DNA of 64,000 nucleotides from Hemiscyllium ocellatum. Taxonomy: Eukaryota. Positions 1 through 11,825 of this stretch are shown piece after piece. Each line of letters opens with the position of its first letter. Position 1 is the stretch's first letter. A program made the translations under genes and the position numbers. A model generated the notes under the pieces. It was not told the origin of the DNA. It was given only the letters and a program-made list of their open reading frames with translations, and searched no databases. The stretch covers positions 85,636,004-85,700,003 of the forward strand of contig NC_083402.1 in NCBI RefSeq assembly GCF_020745735.1. The letters are read 5' to 3'.

Positions 1-1273
1 AGGAGAGAGGAAGTTAGGAAAAGATGCGGTACACAGAGGTTGAAGGAAGAGCGATGCAAATGTAAATTGCATTTTGCACTTTGCCTGCCTTCCTTGGAAG
101 TTTCTGCTGCAGCAAGGATTGAGAAAAAAAAGTTGATGGAGACAAATTACAAGTCTGTTATTGCTATCTCCACTCCAGGGGTGTTTGAATTCTTCCCAAA
201 AATGTTTCAAAACATTAACGTGTTTGAAATCATGAGCCAAGCAGGGCAGAGAGTAAAATCAATGTTCTCCGGTATATTGTGCAATCACATTGCCATTACT
301 GCTTAATTCTGAAAATCTTTTCGAACTTATCTTTAACATATATTTTGATTCATTTAACAGCATACATTAGAAATTTAATTTTGAGATAAAGACTAGTTTT
401 ACTCGACTGCACCAATAGCTGTAGCAGAATGGTGTCAGACTCAAGAGAGTTTCTGAGAGGCTGCAGATACAATTTCCTGCACACTGAGGCAATTTCCCAC
501 CAATCTTCTTTGGTACCTAATAGCCTGTGACAAGAGATAGTGCAAAGGAACAGATATGGCAAGCAGCAGGCAGTCGTCGAAAAGAAAAATTAGTTGTCTG
601 CCACCTGAGTGGGTAAATGTGTAGATAGCATTTATAGTCTCACAGGCCACTGCCACCTTATACCTATGGCACATCAGTCACTAATTCAGCACATCCATTC
701 CAAATTTCTTGAAAAACTTTCCTCTTCAATTGTTAACACTGAATCACTTTACCAGACACGTGAAAACCAGCAGCTGTGACATACATAATACTAATCTACT
801 CATCCATTGGGAGCACTGTACAATTACAGAGAAGTATCACACATTAGAGGGAAATGCAGGACATGTAAAACATATATCTTTGTCTACTTAAATGTTAATT
901 CCATGTTTTCATTCCACGAGTCCACTGCCGAAACCCAGGCCCTTGGCTTGTTGGCTGCTGACGCTTCATCCTGAGGCATCTCAAAGCAATGAGGGTTTGC
1001 CATTGCCTTCTTTTCTTAGAGGCTAGTCACAAGTCTAACTCAGTCACAGGAGCTAAACCTGCACTATATACTTTATTCTGAAGTATATACTGGCTATTTA
1101 GCTGACATAACTAAACCACCTTAATTTTATTTTGGTAAAGTATACAATGTGAATTGAAAGAAATGTTATATTGTTTCATCCAGACTTCCATGATGAAGAT
1201 GTAACCTGTCAATACTCAAATATCAGCACTAATCTCTTTCATATTTTTCTAGTCTGGTCTCTTGTAGATAAGG

Positions 1274-1498
1274 GTCTAGATTAGAGTGGTGCTAGAGAAG
1301 CAAGTCAGGCAGCATCCAAAGAGCAGGAAAATCGATGTTTCAGGCAAAATAGAACTATTCCTGATGAAGGGCTTTTGCCTGAAACGTCAATTTTCCTGCT
1401 CCTCGGATGCTGCCTGACCTGCTGTGCTTTTCCAGCACCACTCTAATCTAGACTCTGGTTTCCAGCATCTGCAGTCCTTGTTTTTACCTTTTTATCTA
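1274..1498 (+). mobile_element. Penelope-like terminal fold-back element with hammerhead motif
   Basis: Inverted arm at 1274-1349, then CTGATGA (1361-1367) AGGGC TTTT GCCT GAAACGTC (1381-1388) and the PLE terminus ...ccagcatctgcagtccttgttttt. Flanked by gtagataaggg direct repeats (1264-1274, 1499-1509). Confidence 0.75.
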
Positions 1499-1549
1499 GT
1501 AGATAAGGGACAGTGGCCAGTGGTGTACTGATAAATAGCATGTAATGGG

Positions 1550-3230
1550 ATGTGGTCAACCACATCCTACAGCATGGTACCCACGATCATCTCAGCCCAA
1601 CCCCAGCCTGGCAATGTGGTTGTAAAAGTCATCTGACAATTGAGAAACAAGTAGATTACAGTGAAAATGGAATCCTCTCAGAAATACTGAAATACAGTGG
1701 CTGGTACTCTCAGCATGAATACATGAGCTTGTCTCCTTCATCCAGAATGAAGGGCACATGCAAGTAAATCTCCAAATGTCATAATTGTGACCATTGTCAA
1801 GAAAGAAGATAAGACAGATTGAGCTAATTACAGAGAGTTCTTCTTGGTATGTTCTACAGGGAGGGTAATTGCAAAACTCCTCCTCAACCATCTTCTTCAA
1901 ATGGCCGAAGAGCTCCTTCCAAGTCACTATGCAGATTCTGTCCATCAAATGGATATAACCTTCACGAGTCCAAGACAAGTTCAGACAGCAGCAACAATCT
2001 TTATACATGGCTCTCTTTAACCTCATAAAGGACTTTGACTCTATTGACTGTGAGGGATTATTGAGCATCCTCCTCAAATTTGCTTGCCTTCAGAAATTTG
2101 ATACCATCTCCGCTTGTTGCACACCATTATGCAATCTGGGATCCTCACCAATAGAATTGCCGCAGACCATATATGTGTGTAAACTGGGATCAGACAAGGT
2201 TACGTCCTCACGCCTTCTCTACGTTTCTCAGCATAACCCACCACCCCAACTCCATCAAGTTTCCTGTTGAAGCATCTCGACAGGACGAGCAGCAATTTTT
2301 TTCAATCTGTGTTACCATCAATCCAGAATCAAAACCTGCCTGATCTCAATCATTGAGCTGCAGTATAAAAGTGTCATTTGTGTGTGTGAACACTTAGAGG
2401 CCAGATTCCAAACTACTCCTAACACATTCATGAAAGCTTATGAAAGAATGGGTCTTAGGCTAAATATTTGCAAGACAGAAGTCTTTCACCAGTCTCTTGT
2501 TACCATGAAATATTGTCACTCAACTATCGAAGTCCACAATGAGCCACTGAACAATGTGGATAAGTTCCCATATCTTAAGGGCCTCTTTTCAATATCACCT
2601 TCCAGTTATTGTCAGTATTCATGGCTATCTGAGGAGCGGAATGTTGATTGACAAAGCCATCAAACCTAGCACCTAACTCTGCAGTAGTAATGTTGCCAGC
2701 TTTCTGCATGTGTCAGAGAATTGGAGAATGTACATCGTGCACCTCAAATGCCTAGAGAACAGTCACCAGTGAAGCCTCTGCAAATTGTTGCAAAAACACT
2801 GGCAGGAGAGGTACTGCAATACTTGTGTTCTCTCTCAGGCTCACACCCCCAATTAAAGGCATCATTATGGTTAATAAGCTATGTTGGCTGTATCATATAC
2901 TCTGTATACCTCAGATAAACTTTCAAAATCAAGCTGTCTATTGCAAGCTTCACCATGGCAAGCTTTTAGCAGGAGGTCAGTGTAAACACAGGATGTTTTC
3001 ACACCCTCCTCAAAAATATGCAACACCCCACTTGTCCAAGACTACCCAAAAATGGAGAGCAAGTTTCTGTGATGGAGCCAAGCATCTGGAACATTCCCAA
3101 CAAGCTAAGGGGGAGGTCAACAACAAACAGCAAAAGGGGCAGATGGAAACCTGAAGATCACACTCATATTCTTCTTCAACACTACCTGCTACACTGTTAC
3201 AAGGTGTGTAGATCCTGATCCACAACCTCA
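1550..3230 (+). mobile_element. Degenerate RTE-clade LINE (RT and C-terminus)
   Basis: Frameshifted peptides ENGILSEILKYSG, LYMALFNLIKDFDSIDCEGL and AYERMGLRLNICKTEV...NVDKFPYL resemble RTE RT motifs (DGIPAE, LYMAFIDLTKAFD, LENVDHFPYLGS). Confidence 0.8.
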
Positions 3231-3269
3231 GAATGGAAATAAGTTATTCTCAGTCTCAAGGGAGTGTCT

Positions 3270-4030
3270 AAGAGAAAAAGGACTGAAAAAGCCAGGTGCT
3301 GGTCATGTTGCAACTGTGTTGGACATTGCGAAAGTGAGTACTGCAGATGCTGGAGATTACAGTCGAGAGCATGGTGCTGGAAAAGCACAGCAGGTCAGGC
3401 AGCATGTGAGAAGCAGGAAAATCAATGTCTCAGGCAAAAGCCTTCCATCAGGACAGACATTGTGTTGGACATTGGTTAGGCTACCACTGGAATATCTTTG
3501 TGCAATTCTGGTCTCCCTTCTACAGGAGGCATGTTGTGAAACTTGAAATGGTTCAGAAAAGACTTATAAGGAGGTTTCCAGGGTTGGAATGTTTGAGCTA
3601 TAGGGAGAAGCCAAACAAATTGAGGCTGTTTTTCCCTGGTGCATTGGAGGCTGAGGAGTGACCTTCTAGGGGTTTATAAAATTATGAAGGGTAAGAATAG
3701 GGTAAATAGACAAGGTATTTTCCCTGGGATGGGGCAATCTAAAACTAGAGGGCATAGGTTTAAGGTGAGCAGGGAAAGATTTAAAAGGGATCTTTGGGAC
3801 AATATTTTCACAAAGAGAGTGGTGCATGTATAGAAAGACCTGCCAGTAGAAGTGGTGGAAGCTGGTACAATTACAACATTTAAAAGGCATCTGGATGGGT
3901 GTATGAATAGAAAGGGTTTAGAGTGATAAAGACCAAATTCTGGCAAATTGGACTAGATTAATTTAGAATATCTGGTTGATATGGATGAATTGGATTGAAG
4001 GGTCCGTTTCCATGCCGTACAGCTCTAAGA
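3270..4030 (+). mobile_element. CR1-type LINE 3' fragment (interrupted by PLE terminus)
   Basis: LVRLPLEY/FVQFWSP...KLEMVQKR...LRSDLLGVYKIMKG...SKTRGHRFKV...FTKRVVHV is the typical CR1 ORF2 C-terminus, followed by the 3' tail. Confidence 0.85.
3329..3460 (-). mobile_element. Penelope-like terminal fragment with decayed hammerhead
   Basis: Same family as 8510-8718. A 14-bp TSD tgtgttggacattg lies at 3315-3328 and 3461-3474. Confidence 0.75.
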
Positions 4031-4035
4031 TGCTA

Positions 4036-4109
4036 ATCTTGGTGGCGCAATTGGTCAGCATGTTTGGCTGTTAACCAAATGTTTGGTGGTTCGAGACCAC
4101 CCGGGGTGG
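4036..4109 (+). pseudogene. tRNA-Asn(GTT) pseudogene
   Basis: 74 nt colinear with vertebrate tRNA-Asn: TGGCGCAATTGGTCAGC A-box, anticodon arm tttgg-ctGTTaa-ccaaa, T-arm ggtgg-ttcgaga-ccacc. Acceptor and D stems are mismatched. Confidence 0.8.
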
Positions 4110-4137
4110 AGTGATAGCTGTTCTCACTGTTTTCCAA

Positions 4138-4478
4138 GGGCAGCATGGTGGCTCAGTGGTTAGCACTGCTACCTCACAGCACCAGGAACCGAGGTTCAAT
4201 TCTGTTTGTGTGGAATTTGCACATTCTCCCCGTGTCTGCGTGGGTTTCCTCCGGGTGCTCCGACTTCCTTCCACAGTTCAAAAATATGCAGGTTAGGTGA
4301 ATTAAGAACACTAAATTGCCCATTATGTTCAGGGATGTGTAAGCTAGGTGCATTGGTTAGGGGATATGTAGAGTAATTGGGTAAGGGAATGGATCTGGGT
4401 GAGATACTTCTCGGCGTGCGGGTGTGGACTTGTTGAACCAAAGTGGCCTGTTTCCACACTGCAGGCATTCAATGACTC
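4138..4478 (+). mobile_element. tRNA-derived V-SINE (HE1-like)
   Basis: tRNA head ggtggctcagtggttagcactgct, V-domain tgtgtggaatttgcacattctccccgtgtctgcgtgggtttcctccgggtgctcc, and CR1-like tail gtttccacactg. Confidence 0.88.
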
Positions 4479-7400
4479 CATCACTGTATCAGTACTCACT
4501 GCAGTTTAACAGTAACACGCGAACAAAATAACCCAGCAATAAAAAAGTACTGGTGAAAGTCCCACACAAAAGGATGTCCAAACAATTTTGGGGCTGAGAC
4601 AAGAGGAAAAAAATGGCATGTGAACTGTAATCAAAATATGTTGCTTTGCGGGTTCGATTCAACAGCAAATTGCTGGACATAAAATTTAAATAATGTCTAA
4701 TTTATAAAAGGTAAATCTTGATTCTTATGTAAATAAGTCCTTTCAGCTTGCATGGGAAAAATTGGTCCTGTAAACCTACACAATTTTATTTTTGACCCAT
4801 ATTCGGTTTTGTGTCTGTAAAAACCACAAAACTGTTTTTGAGGACTTACAAAAATGATTGTGATATTATTAAATTACTATTACTAAACAGGTTGTTTCAA
4901 AATAAACTAAGTTCTGTTTCTTTCAAAAAAGGACGTGTACTTAGAGGATGCATTCATAATAACCAACTTACTTCCTAATTTTGCTTTGAGGCCAGTGTAT
5001 GATTGACATCAACTCGTAATAATGTGATGCAAGTGTCTAGCTAGAAGGAAATATCTTTGGGAGCTTCCAATTACTGGATGCTGTTGTTATCATATTTATT
5101 ATTGAAGGCCTGGTCCAAACATTCTAAATCTGGTGCATATGTAATCCATTACAGCAGAATTCAATGTGCAATATATGTAGTAACCTAGTTAAGTCTAGTA
5201 ACTAGTTCATCTGAAGCAGGTTTGGATGCATAATATACATGGACTATGTAACACTACCAGCCAAAAAAAAACCAGAAAGATAATTAACCTTTTCCTATAG
5301 ATATGACAACATGAAAATGTAATCCTAAAATCTGCATTGTAATTTGTTTGTCCCCTTGTGCATGACTGAATGAACTTAAGATACGATATCAGATTTCGAT
5401 CAACTTAACTTAAATGACAGTAAAAGGACCATGGAGATTTCAAATTCCTTGAGCTAGGAAGAAGAGATCCTGAGCTCCTTCTTTCTGCCACTGATCAATG
5501 TCTTCTTATGGGTGAATGTATCTGCAGATATTGAACAGGGTTTTCCTCTTTAGGAAAGTGAAGACAATTTCTCTTGATTAAGGCATCTCAGACCTGCAAT
5601 TCTTGGCTGCTATCATCAACTTCATAAGATGACCACAGCAAACAGCAATAGGTGAGCCAGGTGAACATGAAAACCTTGTAAATGTCTTGAGTGGGCATGC
5701 AAGGACATCAACAGCACTCACAAGGGAAAGAGAATTCTATTTAGAGCAACAGGGTCTTGGTATGTCTTGCTGTTTTATTAGTCTGGCCTCAATCTCTGCC
5801 ATTGGGCTATTGGGTTCATATATGAAGAGAGGTCATTGTTGTGATACTTGCAAATGCTGCATACTACATTCCAGTAATTCTTTCAGGATTAGTGAAAATA
5901 CATTGGGATTTATACAGCTTTCAAAAAGAAAAACACTTTAACGTTGGTTAAATTTTTTCCACTGAATGGTGACTGGGCAAATCTACATTTATGTAAAGAG
6001 TTATTTAACTACAAGGACATGAAAGATCATTTCACTGCTCAAAGTCCAGGATGTAATAATTCGGTTCAGTGAAATTAAAAATGATAATTCACTACAGTTC
6101 ACTGCACTACAATTATTAGTAGATAGATTATCCTGGAAGAGACATTGGAGCATTAACGTACAGCAAAAGCTCACATTCCTAGAATGAGCTCAACTGCCAT
6201 AGTTTAGCGGTCATGACACAATTAATTGCATCTGTCTACTAACGATTGGAACGGATGCTAAAGCCAGACAAAGCAGGATCTCCAGCAAATTAAAGCTCTT
6301 GGCTGAGCCTTATGCTTCAATTATCTCTCTACCCCAATTTCTAGCATAAAACACACTTCAACTTTCATTATTAACAGAATGGTCTGATTCAAGATCGTGG
6401 GGAAAAGCTAAAAGGAAGAATAAATATAATGCTATTTCCTCGACAGCCTGCAGCTCTTCAGAGTACATAATTTATATTCATGTAGTATCAAAGGAGAATG
6501 GTATTATCTGTTACCTATTTAACATGTATTACTTTCTTGGAATATTACATTCAATAAAACTATCTTATTAACAGGTGAGCTTCTGATGTAGCTACAATGT
6601 TCTTTCATTTTCAATTAAGTAACTAAATGAAACTTCCTCAGAATTTTCCAGTGATCAAGATGTGGTCAAATGGTAAACCCAGCACCATGAAATGAGCTGG
6701 TAGTGAATCCAAGACTGCAGGGATCTATTTTAACTGAAGGTTAATCCCTGTTATGCACCATGCCTGATGTTATAAATCAGGTTCAGAAATAGGCTATTCA
6801 GCCCCTCATGTTCACTATGCCATTCAATACAATCATGGAAAATAAGTTTGTAATTTTAAATCCACATTCATGCTCAGCCTGAAAACTTTCACTCCCTTCC
6901 TGACCACTTCTACCTCTATTTTAAAACTAACCAAAGAGAGACATTCCAACTGTAATTACAGTGATGAACATGAAGCAGCCAAGAGTCCTTCTAGCCCCAT
7001 AAGTCTGCTCCACTATTCAATAAGATTGTGTTTGATCTAGTTGCAACCTCAAATTCCCACTTCCCCCAATGACCTTTCAACCCCTTGTTTCACAAGAATC
7101 TACTCAACTCTGGCTCACTGCATAATCAAAGAAAAGATGTGAGAGAAAGCATGTTAAGAAAAAAGAACCTCAGCTCAATGAAAAATAGAGAGAAGAATGT
7201 TAGTGGAGTTTCAGGTATACAGGGCCAAAGATTGGCTGGGAGATGGAGAGGATGTGGGTGAGGGAAAGGTCAAACATACAACAGCTTGGGAACGTGGAGT
7301 TCTTGCCAAAGCTAACAGCAGGGCCTCATTATAACTTTTCCATTTATTTCCTACCTGGATACTGGCCACATTGATAGGCAAACTAGCTACCAGGACTGAA

Positions 7401-8249
7401 AACCAAAGTCTGGAATCCATATCCACTTGAGAGAGTTCCAGGCAACCAGGAGGGAAATTGACCTCAGATTGATGCCCGGGTAGTTGGAGTTAGCAGTCAA
7501 GGTAAGGTCACTAAAGAAAACATGAGAAGTCATGATTGAGAGTAGAAAAGGCTCAAGTACTCCTTGAAGGTTCAGGTCAAGAACTTCTCTTCCTCTTCGT
7601 CCACATTAAATTCAACAAAAAATGATTCAATTTAAGGAACTGGCAGTTCCTGCATCATTCCACACTTCAGCTTTCATGAATGGTTAACTTTATATAAAGT
7701 TTAAAACAGGTTGAAGCCTGAATTAATTACATCAATAAAATGTTCCATTTCTCCAAGAGGTAGAACTCAGGTGGCAAATTACTACCATTAAAAAAAAACG
7801 GTAGATACACGTACATATTGGTTTTACATGTTTAACCCCAGCCATTGTTACCCATCAAATAGGAGATGGTGATAGAAGACATTAATGTCAAGATGCAAAA
7901 TAGCATGAATAACGTGAATTTTCCAACAACCTGGGATCATTTTTCACCCATTATCCATGCTCCTCTAATTCTGTCAATGAGAATATCCCTGATATTAATT
8001 GCTTCACCACTAATGACCATGTCTTCAGCTGTCTATGTCCTAAGCTCTGGAACTGCCTCCCTAAACATCTCCATCTCTCTTTCTTATTTCAATGTACTCC
8101 TTAACACTCAGCATTTTATCCAAGCTTTTCATTATCTGCCCTATTCTCATAAATCATTCTTGAATCTTCTGCTGTGCCATCATAAAGTGTAGCGCCTCAA
8201 ATTAGGCAATTATTTTATACAGATTCACTATAATTGTATTCTACTGCAT

Positions 8250-9874
8250 TTATAAAGTCGAGGATCCTGTGTGTCTTATTAAAAAGGAAACATGTCCAGT
8301 GTGGGAAAGCAATGTTCTCATTGCAAGAAGCCAAGTCATTTTCCTGTCAGAGCACAGACCTTTGACCTACTCTGTGTCTTCTGGAGCCGAAAGTCAATAC
8401 ACCCACATGCTGAGTGGTGTGCATGGCTGTGTGGCTGTGCTGCTTAGAGGAAACATTGCATGAAGGAAACACAATAAGCAAGTGCAGATGGCCACTGCAG
8501 AGATATCAGGGAGAAAGTGAGGTCTGCAGATGCTGGAGATCAGAGCTGAAAATGTGTTGCTGGAAAAGAGCAGCAGGTCAGGCAGCATCCAAGGAACAGG
8601 AAATTCGATGTTTCGGGCATAAGCCCTTCCTGATGAAGGGCTTATGCCTGAAACGTCGAATTTCCTGTTCCTTGGATGCTGCCTGACCTGCTGCGCTTTT
8701 CCAGCAACACATTTTCAGCACTGCAGAGATATCAGCAAAGTACTCTGATGAATCACTGCAAATCGCTGAATAGATTGGTTCTGTCAGGTTGATGGTTAAT
8801 AAATGGTATGTGACTTTTGAACATTTAACTGCAGAGGAGAACATCAAGTCAACACAAAGTGTCAGATAGACATCAGTGCATCATACAATATCATGACCTT
8901 CACAGAGCTGTGCAAAGTGGTTCAACATGGGGTTGGAGAAATGCAGAGTAATGGTGCCATTATATAGCCTCAATCTTGAAAGTAAGGTTGAGGCTATGTA
9001 ATGGCACCATTACTCTGACAACCCAATACATTGGCAAGAATGAAGACACAGACTTCCAGATCTATCAGCCACAGAAATTCATCTCATCTAGAGCAATACA
9101 ACTATAGGATGGTATCCCTCAAGTGCCAAAAGAGATTTCTAAATAATGCAGAACACTAATTGTTTGTCGCAGAACAGACCCTAGAAGTGTGCAACAACAT
9201 GCTTACATGCTTAGGATGTCTACCTAGGCAAAATCATTTTAAAATAGTTGAAAGTGGAATTCCAATTCAACAGCAGCCAACAGACGGTCCAGCTGCCTTT
9301 AGGGCCAGCCTGAAAAATAAGATGGGAAATATACCACCTACTGCAAGCATACACATGGCAGCTGTTTCTTCACTGCTGCTGGTTAACTAGGAAGGTGTGC
9401 ATTCATCGATACAGACCACAGAACAACCATCAATCCCAGAGGTTCACTGCACCTTAAGAATAGATACAGAAAAAAACAAATACTTTCACAACACATGAGA
9501 CTACAATGGTTCTCTCTGGAGAAGGTACATCACCCAGAGAAGCCGAAGACTAAATGCACACATACTATTAAGAGACCAGCACGATTTATGGATTGCATGT
9601 GCAATACATGTGCACAGACAGATGAAAATAACATGCTGCTAACTCATGAGAACTGTTGTGTACATAATGGATAACTCAAGATAATTCACAGTCTATTATT
9701 GTATGCAAGGGGAATGTTTGGGATAGAAATGCAATACTATATTATTGTGCCTCTTGGCCTATCTTAGTCATGTGATCTCTACCATAATGCACTAACTGCA
9801 GGCATCCATCATACAATCAGTTCAATAAGTAAATGGTACAAGATAGACTGTTGTCCTGTGAGCTCATAACAACA
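8250..9874 (+). mobile_element. Decayed, internally deleted Ty3/Gypsy LTR retrotransposon with PPT and 3' LTR
   Basis: Motifs in order: Gag knuckle CPVW(G)KQCSHCKKPSHF (~8290-8345), protease CQIDISASYNIM (8860-8895, cf. DTGA), pre-RT LGCLP..PIQQQP..PAAFR (9160-9390), integrase tail IKRPARFMD (9567-9593), PPT aaggggaa, then TG...CA at 9715-9874. Confidence 0.7.
8510..8718. mobile_element. Palindromic Penelope-like terminal element with hammerhead motif
   Basis: ~85-bp inverted arms centred on cccttcCTGATGAaggg (CTGATGA 8630-8636, GAAACGTC 8650-8657). Perfect 17-bp TSD cactgcagagatatcag at 8493-8509 and 8719-8735. Confidence 0.85.
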
Positions 9875-10579
9875 ATGATCACTGTTACCTAAATGTTCGC
9901 TGACTGACAGTTGATCCACTTGTGCTCAATTGTTTAGAATCAGGTCCAGCAATGTCTCCTTCTTCATTTGACTGGAAACATCTGTTTATGGAAAATTCTC
10001 CTGAATACAGTTTATAAACTCTTTTCTGCTTTTGCCAAAAATACTATCCCAGTCTACATTGGGACAATTAAAAGTTCCCACTATATCTACTTGATAGCTT
10101 TTGCACTATTGTAATTTCTTTGAAAATAAATTCCTGTAAATCTTTCAATCTTTGCCAGGCCTACAGAATAGACCCAACAACAAAATCATGGTTTTATTAT
10201 TTCTTACTGCAACCAAATAGATTCTGTCATCAGTCCTTCTCTCTTACTCCCTCACTCTCAGTACTGTAACGTAACTTAATCAACATGATTACACTTCCTC
10301 TTTTCTTTCCCAAACACCTTGAATTCAAGAATACATAGTACCCAGTCCTGCTCTATTTTTGAGCTGAGTCTTTACTATCTCCACAATTAAACTACTCAGT
10401 GGATACTAGCACCTGCAACTTGCTAACTATATTTCTCACACTCATTACAGACACATACATGCACATGAAGACTCATTTAGATGTTGTTTAATTACTCTGA
10501 TCATAGCTATTACTTTGTCTTAGTCTCTTGCAATTCTGGGTTTACTTTATTTTTCCTCTGCATTATTGCTTCCCAAATG

Positions 10580-11660
10580 CAGTTGGGAAGTGGAAGACCT
10601 TTAAGAATGAAATAATGCAAGTTCAGAGACTGTATATTCCTGTTGGTGTGAAGAGCAAGGCTGGTGGGTATGGGTAATTCCGGATAATGAGAGAAATTGA
10701 AGGTCTGAAAATGTGTTGCTGGTTAAAGCACAGCAGGTTAGGCAGCATCCAAGGAACAGGAAATTCGACGTTTCGGGCCAGAGCCCTTCTGTTGGTTGGA
10801 ATGTAGTCCGGAGTCCGTGTGGGATCAGTCGGTTCCGTAGGCAGGTGCTGAGGAAGGAGATGTGGCTGTGGTAACGAGTCTGTTTGAGAACGTGGCTAAA
10901 GAGCTTCTGTGCAGAGGAGATGACCTGGGGGGTGCAGTGAGAGAGAGACTCACTGAAATCCTTATAGATGGAGGAAGAGAGCTTCTTCAAGGAAGGCATC
11001 ATTGCAAGAGGATTTGCAGTAGGTTAAAATCTTCGAGTAAAAAGTGAGGTCTGCAGATCTCCAGCATCTCCATGTCACTTTTTACTCTAAATTGAAGGTC
11101 TGCACAAGAAAAGGAAAGAGGCATATATCCGGTGTCAAGTGAATCCCTAGAAGATGATAAGGGCAATAGAAGAGGGAAATCAGGAGGACAAAAAGGGAAA
11201 TTGAGACAGATTTGACAAATAGCGTTAAGGGGAATCCAAAGAGATTCTAAATACATTAAGGGCACAAGAGTAACTAGAGAAAGAGTAGGGCCCTTAAAGA
11301 TCAACATGGCCATCTATACATGGAACTACAGGAGATGGGTGAGATACTAAACAAATATTTTGTGTCACTATTTACTGTGGAGAAGGACATAGAAGCTAGG
11401 GTCCTTGGGAAATAAATAGTATTGTCTTGAAGAGCTTATATTACAGAAGAGGAAGTGCTGGAGGTCTTTAAACACATAAAGGTAGCTAAATCCCATGGAT
11501 TTAGTGATCAGGTGTTTCCCAGAACTTTGTGGGAAGTAAGGGAAGAGATTACTGGACCCCTTTCTGAGATATTTGCATCATCGATAGCCATGGGTGACAT
11601 GAGGAAAAGTTGGAGGTTGGCTAATGTGGTGCTATTAGTTAAGAAAGGCTGTTAGGAAAA
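10580..11660 (+). mobile_element. CR1 LINE internal fragment (interrupted by PLE)
   Basis: NPKRF..IKGTRVTRERVGPLKDQ and QVFPRTLWEVREEITGPLSEIFASSIAMG..WRLANVVLLVKKG match the CR1 ORF2 region upstream of RT. Confidence 0.82.
10708..11088 (-). mobile_element. Rearranged Penelope-like element: ORF N-terminus plus terminal repeat
   Basis: Minus-strand ORF start MPSLKKLSS...KLFSHVLKQTRYHSHISFLSTCLRNRLIPHGL is contiguous with the terminal-repeat end. A 14-bp TSD aaattgaaggtctg lies at 10694-10707 and 11089-11102. Confidence 0.75.
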
Positions 11661-11825
11661 GGCAGTCCCACCTTCCCTAGAACTGGTCACAGAGTCCCAG
11701 GAATCTGAACCACTCCATCCTGCATCATTTCCCTGTCTTCATATTCAACTGGTCCATCTGACTAGGACCTGACACCTGTAGTAATTCTGAGGGTTCTAGC
11801 TTTGAGGTCTTACAGTATAATTTAT

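Noticed and set aside
8414-8847. Recurrent peptides CCWKSAAGQAASKEQE / MLPDLLCFSS in many ORFs
   Set aside because: Chance translations of the non-coding PLE terminal repeat, not a gene family.
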